This document shows, piece by piece, positions 20,674 to 30,942 of a DNA stretch of 64,000 bases; position 1 is the stretch's first letter; every line of letters starts with the position of its first letter. The DNA is from Acidimicrobiales bacterium (GTDB taxonomy: Bacteria > Actinomycetota > Acidimicrobiia > Acidimicrobiales > UBA8190): contig JBJKRZ010000034.1 of the NCBI GenBank assembly GCA_046704365.1, positions 2,522-66,521 of the forward strand. The letters are read 5' to 3'. The notes under the pieces were generated by a model. It ran no database searches, was not told the DNA's origin, and saw nothing but the letters and a program-made list of their open reading frames with translations. The translations under genes and the position numbers were made by a program.

Positions 20674-21246
20674 ATGGAGACAGTGCACTTTCTGTTTCGA
20701 GAACAGTGCCCGGCGCCCTGGCCGGCCGTCCCTGATCATAAATACATGTCCGACGACGGCCGAACGGAAATGGCACTGTATGCCGCCGCGCCGCCCGTGT
20801 CGGGCTCACGGGACCCGAAGCTGCCATTGGAGGGTCGGTGGCACGGTCGATTGCTCGGGGGACACGGGTCATGGAGCGGGAAGCAACTCGTGATGCTCGT
20901 CTGGTTCTTGGTCCCCTCGAACCAGCAAGAAGACCTAGACCGATGGTATGTCGAGGAGCACGTTCCGATGCTGATGCAGGATCCCGGTTGGCTGTCGTGC
21001 CATAGGTATGCGTCGGCAAACAGCGATGACCCGATTGCTCGAGTGGCGATACACGAATTGAGAGACATGGAGGTGTTGGAGAGCCCGTTCCGTCGAGCAG
21101 CGCGGCAGACGCCGTGGCGTGAAAAGTGGCTGGAATTCGACTGGTTCAAGAACGGGCCTCATCACATGTTTATTCCGGACGATCAGGTAGGCGAGTCAGC
21201 GTCAGCGCTGCCAGGGAGCTCAGCATCACGGAGGACACCAAGTTGA
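20674..21246 (+). CDS. hypothetical protein (possibly EthD/DUF4286-like alpha+beta barrel)
   Basis: AAGGAGG at 20661 lies 6 nt before ATG 20674. The segment LDRWYVEEHVPMLMQDPGWLSCHRY resembles dimeric alpha/beta-barrel proteins. No firm family call. Confidence 0.5.
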   Translation: METVHFLFREQCPAPWPAVPDHKYMSDDGRTEMALYAAAPPVSGSRDPKLPLEGRWHGRLLGGHGSWSGKQLVMLVWFLVPSNQQEDLDRWYVEEHVPMLMQDPGWLSCHRYASANSDDPIARVAIHELRDMEVLESPFRRAARQTPWREKWLEFDWFKNGPHHMFIPDDQVGESASALPGSSASRRTPS

Positions 21247-22103
21247 TCGATTGCCGTGTCAGACCGCCGACACCTGGTTTTGTGAAAGCTTCGATGTATG
21301 CCGACTCGGCGCGAACGGCTTCTTTCGCCAAGGCGCTGGGATTCGATCCAGCGCCGAGCGACGAGCTGGCCTCAGTAGAGGGACTTACCCGGTCCTTGCT
21401 GGCATCGGGGATGGACACGGCCGTCATTCCCGTTCGCTATGGATGTGGCGGGAAGGGGAACGTGACCAATGAGGAAATTCTGGACTTTTGCCGCACCAAC
21501 AGACCACAGTATTCGGCGCTCGTAGCGCCCGATCCCGCCCTATCCCCGGACTCCCTTGTTGCCGACGTGGTCAACTGGATGGAACACCCGGAGTTCGTGG
21601 GCGTCAATCTGGAGCCGGGCTATTTCGTGCCCCCCCGGTACATCGGCGACGATCAGTTCTATCCTCTCTATTCCGAGTGTTCGTCACGGGGTTGGCCCAT
21701 TGTGATGCTCGTAGGAGGCAATGCGGGTCCAGACCTCAGCTTCAGCAATCCTGAGCACCTGGATCGGGTACTAGCGGCCTTCCCGAGCCTTCAGATCATT
21801 GCCGGCCATGGCGGCTGGCCCTGGATCCACCAGATGATCCATTTGGCGTTTCGACGCGACAACCTGTTCTTGTGCCCGGATATGTATTGGTTCAACGTTC
21901 CTGGATCGCAAGATCTTGTAGCTGCGGCAAATTCGTTCTTGAAGTCCCGCCTGCTCTTTGGGTCCAATTATCCCTTCCTGACCCCAACGCAGGCTCTGGC
22001 ACAGTTGAAGACCATGGGCCTCGACCAAGATGCATGGCACCATGTGACTGAGCTCAACCCCAGACGAGTGTTCAAAATGGATGCGCAAGGGCTCCGCTCA
22101 TGA
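21243..22103 (+). CDS. amidohydrolase_2 family protein, paralogue of 17903-18757 with the same non-canonical motifs
   Basis: Inferred TTG 21243 has GGAGGA 7 nt upstream and overlaps the upstream stop as TTGA. The product starts (M)IDCRVRPP. Also IIAGHGGWPW and LFGSNYPF. Confidence 0.6.
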   Translation: MIDCRVRPPTPGFVKASMYADSARTASFAKALGFDPAPSDELASVEGLTRSLLASGMDTAVIPVRYGCGGKGNVTNEEILDFCRTNRPQYSALVAPDPALSPDSLVADVVNWMEHPEFVGVNLEPGYFVPPRYIGDDQFYPLYSECSSRGWPIVMLVGGNAGPDLSFSNPEHLDRVLAAFPSLQIIAGHGGWPWIHQMIHLAFRRDNLFLCPDMYWFNVPGSQDLVAAANSFLKSRLLFGSNYPFLTPTQALAQLKTMGLDQDAWHHVTELNPRRVFKMDAQGLRS

Positions 22104-23116
22104 AGCTCGGCCTCAACATCAATGCACAGACTGAAGCGCAGGGCGCCAGCGAGCACCTCACCGGCATCCTCCGCCAGGCAGCAATGGCCGAGGATGCCGG
22201 TTTCGACCTGTTGTCAGTGGGCCAACACTTCCTTCCCGAACCGCTCGGGATGTTTCAGCCCGTTCCCCTTTTGTCAGCTCTGGCATCAAGGACGACGTCG
22301 GTGCGGTTGCTGTCGGGGATCATTCTGGGGGCTCTCGTCAACCCCGTGAGATTGGCGGAGGAGATCGCCACCCTCGACCAGGTGTCAAACGGAAGAATCG
22401 TCGTAGGGCTCGGATTGGGATACCGCGAAGTCGAATACAGGGCGTTCGGGTTGACCGACAAGCAGGTACGACTCAGACGGTTTCTCGCCAACCTCGAAGT
22501 CACGACGCGGCTGCTAGCAGGAGAAGTCGTGGACGACGTGACGGATTTCTGGGAGCTGAACGAGGCGAGGCTCACTCTGCCCCCGGTGCAAGTGCCGCGT
22601 CCCGAGGTCTGGATGGCGGCCAACAACGACAAGATGGTCAAGACCGCTGCAGAGCGCGCCGACAAGTGGTTGATGAATCCTCATGCGCTCGTGTCGACAC
22701 TGGCGAGGCAGCAAGCGCTGTTCAGAACGGCACGGGCAGATGCCGGGCTTCCACAAGTGCCCTTGCCCGTCCTGCGGGAGGTGTGCGTTGCCCAAACCTC
22801 GGCACGTGCGACGGAAATTGCGGAGCGAAGCCTAGGAAAGAAATACGACCTCTATGTCCAGTGGGGCCAGGACAAGGCGCAACCGAAGGACGATCCGCTC
22901 GATATCCCGATCCGAGAGCTTGTCCGTGACAGGTTTATCGTCGGCGACCCAGACGAGTGCGCGCAACAGCTTCAGGAGCTGCAGGAAGCCATAGATACCG
23001 ACTGTGTCATCGTGAGGTTCGACTGGGTCCCTGGCGAGCAGCAACAAGCGGTCGACGCCATCAGGCTGTTTGAACGGTATGTCATCCCGCAAATCACGGG
23101 GACGAGCAGCAAGTGA
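22100..23116 (+). CDS. luciferase-like (LLM-class) flavin/F420-dependent oxidoreductase
   Basis: ATG overlaps the upstream stop (ATGA). MKLGLNI..., AEDAGFDLLSVGQHF and LDQVSNGRIVVGLGLGY are typical of LLM enzymes. Confidence 0.85.
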   Translation: MKLGLNINAQTEAQGASEHLTGILRQAAMAEDAGFDLLSVGQHFLPEPLGMFQPVPLLSALASRTTSVRLLSGIILGALVNPVRLAEEIATLDQVSNGRIVVGLGLGYREVEYRAFGLTDKQVRLRRFLANLEVTTRLLAGEVVDDVTDFWELNEARLTLPPVQVPRPEVWMAANNDKMVKTAAERADKWLMNPHALVSTLARQQALFRTARADAGLPQVPLPVLREVCVAQTSARATEIAERSLGKKYDLYVQWGQDKAQPKDDPLDIPIRELVRDRFIVGDPDECAQQLQELQEAIDTDCVIVRFDWVPGEQQQAVDAIRLFERYVIPQITGTSSK

Positions 23117-23123
23117 ACGAGAA

Positions 23124-24293
23124 TCACCGTTCCCAGAACGCCCTGCCGATGGTTTGACGCTGGATCTCGTTCGTGCCTTCCCAGATCTGAGTCAGCTTCG
23201 CGTCACGAAACAGCCGCTCAGATCGGTTGCCCGAGCAGTATCCGTAGCCACCGTGAAGTTGTAGGGAATTCGTCGCTATGGTCATGGCAAGATCCGACGC
23301 GGCAAGCTTGAGCATCGATGCCTCAGTGGCCACCTGGTGGCCGCGCTCCACAAGGTCAGCCACATGGAAGAGCCACGCCTGGGTCATGGCCAACTGCGTT
23401 GCCATGTCCGCAATCATGAACTGGATGCCCTGAAAGCCAAGGAGGTCCGTGTTGAACTGCTGACGCTGGTTTGCATACGTTACGGCTTCGTCAAAGGAAG
23501 CTCTTGCGATCCCGAGCGCGTGTGCTGCAATGCTGGGCCGCGACCGGTTCAATGCGGAAAGAAGTATTCGCCGGCCGTCGCCCGGACCAAGCAGGAGGTT
23601 GTCGGCGGGAACGACGCAGCCATCGAAATGAAGAGGGACCGTGGAAGAGGCTCTGTGGCCGAGCTTTGCCAATCTCGGTCCGACCTCCAACCCTGGTGCA
23701 TCGCGTTCGACGAGAAGTGCGCTCATGCTCGCCGGTGAGCTGTCAGGCTGGCTCCACTTGCCGAAAACCAGGTAGACGTCGGCGACGTCTCCGTTCGTGA
23801 TGAAGATCTTCTCGCCATCGATTCGGATCTGATTCCCGTCGGTGGTGAACTTCGTGGACATGGCCGTGGCGTCCGATCCGCCACTTGCTTCTGTGATCGC
23901 CAGTGCGGCGAGTCCGCCTCGGGCTATGGTGGGCAACAGGCGGGCCTTCTGGTCGGAAGTGCCGAACTCGAGCAGGGGCGCGAGGGCATGATAGGTGGTG
24001 GCCCACGTCACGGCAGTAGCCGGGCAGCCGATCGCCAGCTCTTCTACGAGGAGCAGGAAGCAGGTATAGGAGACGTCGAGCCCCCCGGCGTCAACGGGAA
24101 GGAAGGCGAGATTGAGATCGAGCTCCATCAGGTCGTGAATGTTGTCCCAGGGGAAGTCGGCATTCTGATCGTGAAGCTCGGCACGACCGGCGATTCGATT
24201 GGCCACGAGGTCGCGCAGGACTGTCAGCATCGAGCGCTCGTCGTCCGAAAGTGCCGCTCCGTCTATGATTCGCTGAAAGACCTGATGAGTCAT
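23124..24293 (-). CDS. acyl-CoA dehydrogenase
   Basis: ITEASGGSDA, and the C-terminal QIWEGTNEIQRQTIGRAF signature. Confidence 0.9.
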   Translation of the reverse strand: MTHQVFQRIIDGAALSDDERSMLTVLRDLVANRIAGRAELHDQNADFPWDNIHDLMELDLNLAFLPVDAGGLDVSYTCFLLLVEELAIGCPATAVTWATTYHALAPLLEFGTSDQKARLLPTIARGGLAALAITEASGGSDATAMSTKFTTDGNQIRIDGEKIFITNGDVADVYLVFGKWSQPDSSPASMSALLVERDAPGLEVGPRLAKLGHRASSTVPLHFDGCVVPADNLLLGPGDGRRILLSALNRSRPSIAAHALGIARASFDEAVTYANQRQQFNTDLLGFQGIQFMIADMATQLAMTQAWLFHVADLVERGHQVATEASMLKLAASDLAMTIATNSLQLHGGYGYCSGNRSERLFRDAKLTQIWEGTNEIQRQTIGRAFWER

Positions 24294-25057
24294 AAGCGGA
24301 TACCGTGACCGCCGTCGACGTAGAGGGTTTCACCGGTAAGGAACGCCACTCTGTTCTCGAACAAAGCGGCGACAAGTCGGCCTATCTCTGTCGCTTCCCC
24401 CAAACGCCCGATCGGGATGCGCCGTTCGAGGCGCGAGCGAGCAGTCGGATCAGCGAAAGCAGCGCGGTTCAGATCAGTGAGGACGAAGCCGGGGGCGACC
24501 GTCGCCACAGAGATGTCGTCGGCTGCCCATTCAATCGAAAGCGTTCTGTGAAGGCTTGCGAGGGCAGCCTTGGAGGCGGAGTAGGCAAGGCTTCCTGGAA
24601 CACCGAGCTTATCGAAGAAGGATCCAATCGCTATGATGATCCCACCTTTGCCCTTCATGTATGGGTAGACAGACTGCGCGACGGTGAGGGCAGAAAGGAC
24701 GTTTGTCTCGAAAAGCGCCCTAACCTGCTCGAGCTCGACCGTTTCAGCCGGCATCTCCTCGTGAATACCAGCACCATTGACGAGACCGTGGATCCCGCCG
24801 GCCAGGTTGGCAAAAGCGTCGACGGTGTCGCGCACAACCCGAGCATCGGTGACGTCACAGGAGTAACCGATGAGATTGCGCCCAGCGCCGGCGCCCTCGG
24901 GAATTTCACCACTGCGGCTCAAACAAGCGACCAGATAACCCCGGTGCGCGAGCTCTATCGCTGTCGCTGCCCCGATTCCACGGCTGCCACCGGTCACTAC
25001 GACGCCGTTCTGCCGGATGACCGCCGAAGAAGCCGAATCCGACGCATTGTCAGACAT
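24290..25057 (-). CDS. SDR-family oxidoreductase
   Basis: VVTGGSRGIGAATA and YSASKAAL. There is a 4-nt overlap with the downstream ACAD start. Confidence 0.85.
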   Translation of the reverse strand: MSDNASDSASSAVIRQNGVVVTGGSRGIGAATAIELAHRGYLVACLSRSGEIPEGAGAGRNLIGYSCDVTDARVVRDTVDAFANLAGGIHGLVNGAGIHEEMPAETVELEQVRALFETNVLSALTVAQSVYPYMKGKGGIIIAIGSFFDKLGVPGSLAYSASKAALASLHRTLSIEWAADDISVATVAPGFVLTDLNRAAFADPTARSRLERRIPIGRLGEATEIGRLVAALFENRVAFLTGETLYVDGGHGIRL

Positions 25058-25072
25058 GCGTCAAGTATACAT
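25048..25072. promoter_or_regulatory. TGTCAGACAT + AGTATACAT composite operator-like element in a divergent 81-bp promoter region
   Basis: tgtcagacat at 25048-25057 includes the SDR start codon on the minus strand. gtatacat lies at 25065-25072. Confidence 0.3.
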
Positions 25073-25138
25073 AGGTGGTACCCTCCTCGGTGTGGCGTTC
25101 AGTAGCTACAGGGGCGTGAGAGCTAGGGAGCCGGGGAC

Positions 25139-26050
25139 ATGAAAATCGTCAAGCCGCGTGAGGCCGTGACGGGAGACGGGCGGCCGAGCCTGAGGCTGCA
25201 CATACTTGGCAGCGGCACGCCCACTCCGAGTCCGGATCGGTTCGGTAGCTCGTTCGTCGTGGGCTACGGAGAGGACCTGATCATGGTCGATTGCGGTCCG
25301 GCCGCTACGCACAAGCTCGTCAAGGTCGGCCTATGGCCCCTCGACGTCGGGCACCTGTTCTTCACCCACCATCACTTTGACCACGATGTCGATTATCCGT
25401 GCCTGCTGCTGTGTCGTTGGGACCAAAGCATCGGCCGGGAGCCAGAGCTGCAAGTCTACGGGCCAGCTCCTACGGCAGAGCTCACCGAACGCCTGATTGG
25501 CGAGGATGGTGTTTTTGCTCACGACTGGCGAGCCAGGGTGGGCCATCCAGCGAGCCAGGCCGTCTTCGTGAACAGAGGTGGGGTGCTGCCCCGCAAGCCA
25601 CCAAAGGTGGGTGTGAGGGACATCGGTGTGGGCGATACGGTGGGGACCGGCCGGTGGACCATGCGCACGGGAGTCGCTCAACACGCTCAGCCTTTCCTGG
25701 ACTCCCTTGCGTACCGTCTAGAGACCGATTTGGGGTCGATCGTCTTTACCGGCGACACGCAGCCCTGTGCCGAGATCGTCGAGTTGGCCAGGGGGGCCGA
25801 CGTCCTGATCTGCATGTGCTGGGATATTCAAGAGGCGATGGAAGCGGGCGGAGAGACGATCGGTACTTGTGGAACGCGGGGTGCTGCGGAGATGGCAGCT
25901 GCGGCAGGCGTGGGGACGTTGATAGTGACTCACACCGGTCCGAACATATCGCGGCCTGGCGGACGAGAGCACGCCGTCGTCGACGTAGCGCGGGCCTTCG
26001 AGGGAGATGTGTTCTTTGCCGACGAATTGATGTCCCTTACGTTCCGTTGA
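25139..26050 (+). CDS. MBL-fold metallo-hydrolase (RNase Z/ElaC-like fold)
   Basis: ILGSGTPTP...DCGPA and FFTHHHFDHDVD. Confidence 0.8.
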   Translation: MKIVKPREAVTGDGRPSLRLHILGSGTPTPSPDRFGSSFVVGYGEDLIMVDCGPAATHKLVKVGLWPLDVGHLFFTHHHFDHDVDYPCLLLCRWDQSIGREPELQVYGPAPTAELTERLIGEDGVFAHDWRARVGHPASQAVFVNRGGVLPRKPPKVGVRDIGVGDTVGTGRWTMRTGVAQHAQPFLDSLAYRLETDLGSIVFTGDTQPCAEIVELARGADVLICMCWDIQEAMEAGGETIGTCGTRGAAEMAAAAGVGTLIVTHTGPNISRPGGREHAVVDVARAFEGDVFFADELMSLTFR

Positions 26051-26057
26051 ACGACGC

Positions 26058-26816
26058 CTATTTCTTGCGTTGTCCTTCGGCGACCTTATGAAGATAAGCA
26101 AGATGCTGGCGCGTAGCGTGCTGAGCCTCTTCAGGTTGACGATTGCGGATGGCTCGAGCGATCTCTAGGTGTTGGCGGACGGTCGCCCTTCCGACCTCAG
26201 GGGTAAGCTTGATCCGGGTGACGGGATCCGTGACAGTGTGGATGGCCTCGACCAACACAGTGAGCAGCCGATTCTGACCCGCCGCCGCCACATGGACGTG
26301 AAACCCCACGTCGAGATGGGGTACTGACGCATCGTGAACATCCGTTGCCTTTTCACGCTCGATGAATCCTTCGAGGAGAGCAATATCGGAGTCCGATGCG
26401 TGCACGGCCGCCAGCCCAGCAGCCGGTACCTCCAAATACTCTCGTACTGTTGTTATCTCGCTGAAGCTGATCGTGCCCAGAGTGAGTGAGAGATTCAGCG
26501 ACTGTTGAAGTGAGCTCACAAGGTGTCCGAAATCATGATCGGCAACGTAGGTCCCTCGTCGCCCCGGCATGCGACGAACAATGCCCCGGGAGACGAGCGA
26601 TTGAAGTGCCTCCCGGATTGTCGAACGGCCTACGCCGAATTCCTTGGCCAAAGCCAGCTCGCCAGGCAGCTGAGTCCCTGGAGGCATGTGACCCGACAGA
26701 ACGGCATCGAAGAGCTGCTGTTCGATCTGCTCACGCGGACGCTGAATCGGCTTGAGGCTGAGATTGGGCCCGTCAAACGTCGGTTCACGCTCTTCCGATC
26801 GAGGATTAGGCCCCAT
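26058..26816 (-). CDS. GntR-family transcriptional regulator (FadR/FCD subfamily)
   Basis: LAKEFGVGRSTIREALQSLVSRGIV HTH plus a helical C-terminal domain. Confidence 0.85.
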   Translation of the reverse strand: MGPNPRSEEREPTFDGPNLSLKPIQRPREQIEQQLFDAVLSGHMPPGTQLPGELALAKEFGVGRSTIREALQSLVSRGIVRRMPGRRGTYVADHDFGHLVSSLQQSLNLSLTLGTISFSEITTVREYLEVPAAGLAAVHASDSDIALLEGFIEREKATDVHDASVPHLDVGFHVHVAAAGQNRLLTVLVEAIHTVTDPVTRIKLTPEVGRATVRQHLEIARAIRNRQPEEAQHATRQHLAYLHKVAEGQRKK

Positions 26817-27344
26817 GTCGCGTTCCTATCTACCCGCTCTGCCGACTGACGATCATACTCTTTTCACTCGAAGCGGCGCGAAAGCTAGCAGCAGTGAGCC
26901 TACCGCAGGATCGCTCCGAAGCCTTGGAAAGATCACTGCGCCCTCGAACTGCTACCTACGAAGGCTCGGCGCCTTGAGAGCGCTACATGGCATGGGAACG
27001 ACTGCGTTACGGTGACCCTGAAGAGGCCGACCTTGTCGCCAAAACCGAGCGGCAGTTCGTCGGAGCCACGGCGAAACGCCTGGATCCCCAGCAGCTGGGA
27101 TACGGCCACAGCCAAGGCATGTTTGGCGAAACCCACGCGTTCGCTTGCGCCTCAGCCCACATGGTCGTGCCAGATGGCCGTGGCCTTGCGGTGTGGTCAG
27201 GGCTGTGAGGCGGCGGAACGAAGGGCAGCTGCCGCCACCTACGGCTCCCCCACTGTCCCAGCGGCGACCGACCCCCCTTCCCCGTTGGACACGACGGCGG
27301 TCAAGTGTGGTCCGGCAGGAACCCCGGGCCCCATTGTCCAGAAG

Positions 27345-27367
27345 TGTCAGACATGATAACGTCTGAC
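27345..27367. promoter_or_regulatory. inverted repeat GTCAGAC-N8-GTCTGAC (TGTCAGACAT element)
   Basis: tgtcagacatgataacgtctgac has perfect 7-nt arms. It lies in the 736-bp divergent region ~185 nt upstream of GTG 27553. Confidence 0.25.
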
Positions 27368-27552
27368 GATGATATTGGTGCACACCAGGTCAAGGAGTCA
27401 AGTCGAGATCCATAAGAGCAGGTAGATAAGGAAAGACCCTAGCGACACGGGAAGGTCCATCCGTGGAGAGTCAGCCCTACTCGGGCAACTTTGAAATGAA
27501 ATGAGCGTTCTCCTGGCCGAATGGTCTGACGAATGACGACCGGGCGGGTCCG

Positions 27553-28758
27553 GTGAACGGCGAGGGACCCCTGAGAGGCGTACGCGTCATCGACGTTTCG
27601 ACATCCTACGCAGGACCCGTCGCGTCGATGTATCTGGCCGACTTGGGCGCTGACGTGATCAAGGTCGAAAGACCCGGTCGTGGCGACGACGCCCGACATT
27701 GGGGACCTCCGTTCGTCAACGGAGAGTCGGCGTGGTTTCTGGCCGCCAATCGCAACAAGCAAAGCATCGCACTCGATTTCCGCCGGCCGGAGGGTCATCG
27801 CGTACTGATGCGTATGCTGGAGCATGCTGATGTTTTCGTCGAGAGCTTCAACCCCTCGAAGTTGGCCCAGCTCGGAATCGAACCGTCTCAAATCCTGAAA
27901 ACGTTTCCTCGCATCGTCTATTGCGCAATCTCGGCGTTTGGGCTGGACGGCCCAGAAGCCGATCAGCCCGGATACGACCTCATAGCCCAAGCGCGCTCCG
28001 GCTTGATGAGCCTGACCGGTCCACAAGGAGGCCACCCCGAGCGAGTGAGCACTGCTCTCTCTGACATCGTCACCGGGATCATAGGTGCTCTTGCCATCAC
28101 GGCGGCACTGAGAAGGCAAGAACGAGACGGGGTGGGCGACTTGATCGACATATCCCTGCTCGATGCTGCACTGGCACTGGTATCTCCACGCCTGTCGAGC
28201 TTCCTTGCCGGAGAGGAAGAACCCCAACCCAGTGGGGCCACGGACTCGGTCATCGCCATATATCAGAGATTCGAAACGGGTGACGATCCGATCGTCGTGG
28301 CGGTCGGCAACGACTCCACCTGGAAACGATTCTGTTCGGCGATTGACCGACCAGATCTCGCTGAACGTGCCGACTTGTCGACCAATGCCGGCCGGCGTGA
28401 GAACCGCCCCGTGCTCATTCAAGAGCTGCAGAGCCGATTGAGCGAACGAACCGCAGCAGAATGGATCGAGCGCCTTCGGAGCGCTCGGGTTCCCTGCTCG
28501 CGGGTCCAATTTCTAGCTTCGGTGGTCAGCGATCCTCAAATCGCCGCCCGAAGGTCGCTATGGGAGTTGCATCACCCGACAGCCGGAATCCACACAGTGG
28601 TGGCGCCGCCGTGGCGCCTGTCGTCTGCCAAGCCAGACTCAGTTGCAAGGGCTGCCCCATCGCTGGGTGACTCCACAAGAGAGATCCTGGCAAGCCTTGG
28701 CTTCGGGTGCCACGACGTACAGGAGTTGCGGCGATTGGGGATTCTCGGCGATGAGTGA
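27553..28758 (+). CDS. family III CoA-transferase (CaiB/BaiF/Frc type), canonical
   Basis: LRGVRVIDVSTSYAGPVASMYLADLGADVIKVERP. The catalytic-Asp context QPGYDLIAQARSGLMSLTG is present. Confidence 0.9.
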   Translation: MNGEGPLRGVRVIDVSTSYAGPVASMYLADLGADVIKVERPGRGDDARHWGPPFVNGESAWFLAANRNKQSIALDFRRPEGHRVLMRMLEHADVFVESFNPSKLAQLGIEPSQILKTFPRIVYCAISAFGLDGPEADQPGYDLIAQARSGLMSLTGPQGGHPERVSTALSDIVTGIIGALAITAALRRQERDGVGDLIDISLLDAALALVSPRLSSFLAGEEEPQPSGATDSVIAIYQRFETGDDPIVVAVGNDSTWKRFCSAIDRPDLAERADLSTNAGRRENRPVLIQELQSRLSERTAAEWIERLRSARVPCSRVQFLASVVSDPQIAARRSLWELHHPTAGIHTVVAPPWRLSSAKPDSVARAAPSLGDSTREILASLGFGCHDVQELRRLGILGDE

Positions 28759-28811
28759 GACGACCATATAACGCCATCCATCCCGAGTAGCCGAATCAAG
28801 AGGGTCGAACT

Positions 28812-30019
28812 ATGCATGAGGCAGTCATCTGTGAACCAGTCAGGACGCCTGTCGGCAGAATGGGCGGGGTCCTTCGCGAGGTAACGGCCGCCGCACTCGT
28901 CGCCCGATTGGTTGGCGCTGTGCTCCAGCGCGCCAATCTCGATCCCGATCAGATCGACGACGTCATTTTGGGGCAGGCCTACCCCAACGGCGAGGCACCT
29001 GCCATAGGACGGGTCGCTGCTCTGGACGCGGGGCTACCGATCCATGTCCCAGGGTTCCAATTGGATCGAAGGTGTGGATCGGGTTTGCAGGCGGTTCTCG
29101 ACGCCGCCATGCAGATCCAGACCGGAGTGGCAGATGTGATCCTTGCCGGTGGTGTCGAAAGCATGAGCCAGGTGGAACACTACGGGGTAGGTCTGAGGAA
29201 CCTGAAGGGTGAGGCCGTCGTGTTGCATGATCGTCTCGCACGCGCTCGAGTTACGGCGGGAGGTGTCAACTTTCCTATTGCCGGCGGAATGCTCGAAACG
29301 GCCGAGAATCTCCGTCGTGAATACTCGATCACTCGCTACGACCAGGACGCCTTGGCGTTGGAATCGCACCAAAGGGCCGTAGCGGCGCAGAACCAGGGCC
29401 GCTTCGAGGAGGAGATCGTCTCCGTCGCGGCTCCATCACGTAATGGTGAAGTAATCGTGGAACGCGACGAGCACCCTCGCTCGGACACCTCAATAGAGCA
29501 GCTGGGAAAACTGCGCCCAATTTTGGCCGGCATCGACCCCGAGGCGACCGTCACGGCTGGAAACGCAAGTGGGCAAAACGATGCCGCCGCACTGTGTATC
29601 GTCACTTCGGCGGAGCGAGCGCAACAGCTGGGACTGCGTTCCTTTGGTCGTCTCCGCTCTTGGGCCTGCGCCGGCGTATCGCCGCAGATGATGGGACTGG
29701 GACCGGTGCCTGCAACCAGGCGGGCTCTCGAGCGAGCAGACCTCCGCCTCGAGGAAGTGGACCTGATCGAATTGAATGAAGCCTTTGCAGCACAGGTGCT
29801 AGCAGTTACCAAAGAATGGAAGTTCGGGAAGAGCGACTTCACACGCATGAACGTGAATGGCTCGGGCATCTCAATCGGCCATCCTGTTGGTGCCACGGGG
29901 ATGCGGCTCCTCACGACGTTGCTGCACGAGATGGACCGAAGGGAAGCCAGATATGGCCTCGCCACCATGTGCATAGGCGGAGGCCAAGGGCTCGCTGCTC
30001 TCTTCGAGGCACCGTCACC

Positions 30020-30023
<4 letters not shown>
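28812..30023 (+). CDS. acetyl-CoA C-acyltransferase (thiolase)
   Basis: VRTPVGR, the active-site Cys region LDRRCGSGLQAV, NGSGISIGHPVGATG, and CIGGGQG. Confidence 0.9.
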
Positions 30024-30892
<869 letters not shown>

Positions 30893-30942
30893 ATACTGAT
30901 GGGCGCTCCGATCGTCGGTGGAAGGACAGAGGGTGAATCACA

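Noticed and set aside
27439-28509. 356-aa minus-strand ORF
   Set aside because: It lies antisense to the canonical family-III CoA-transferase and has no recognisable motifs.
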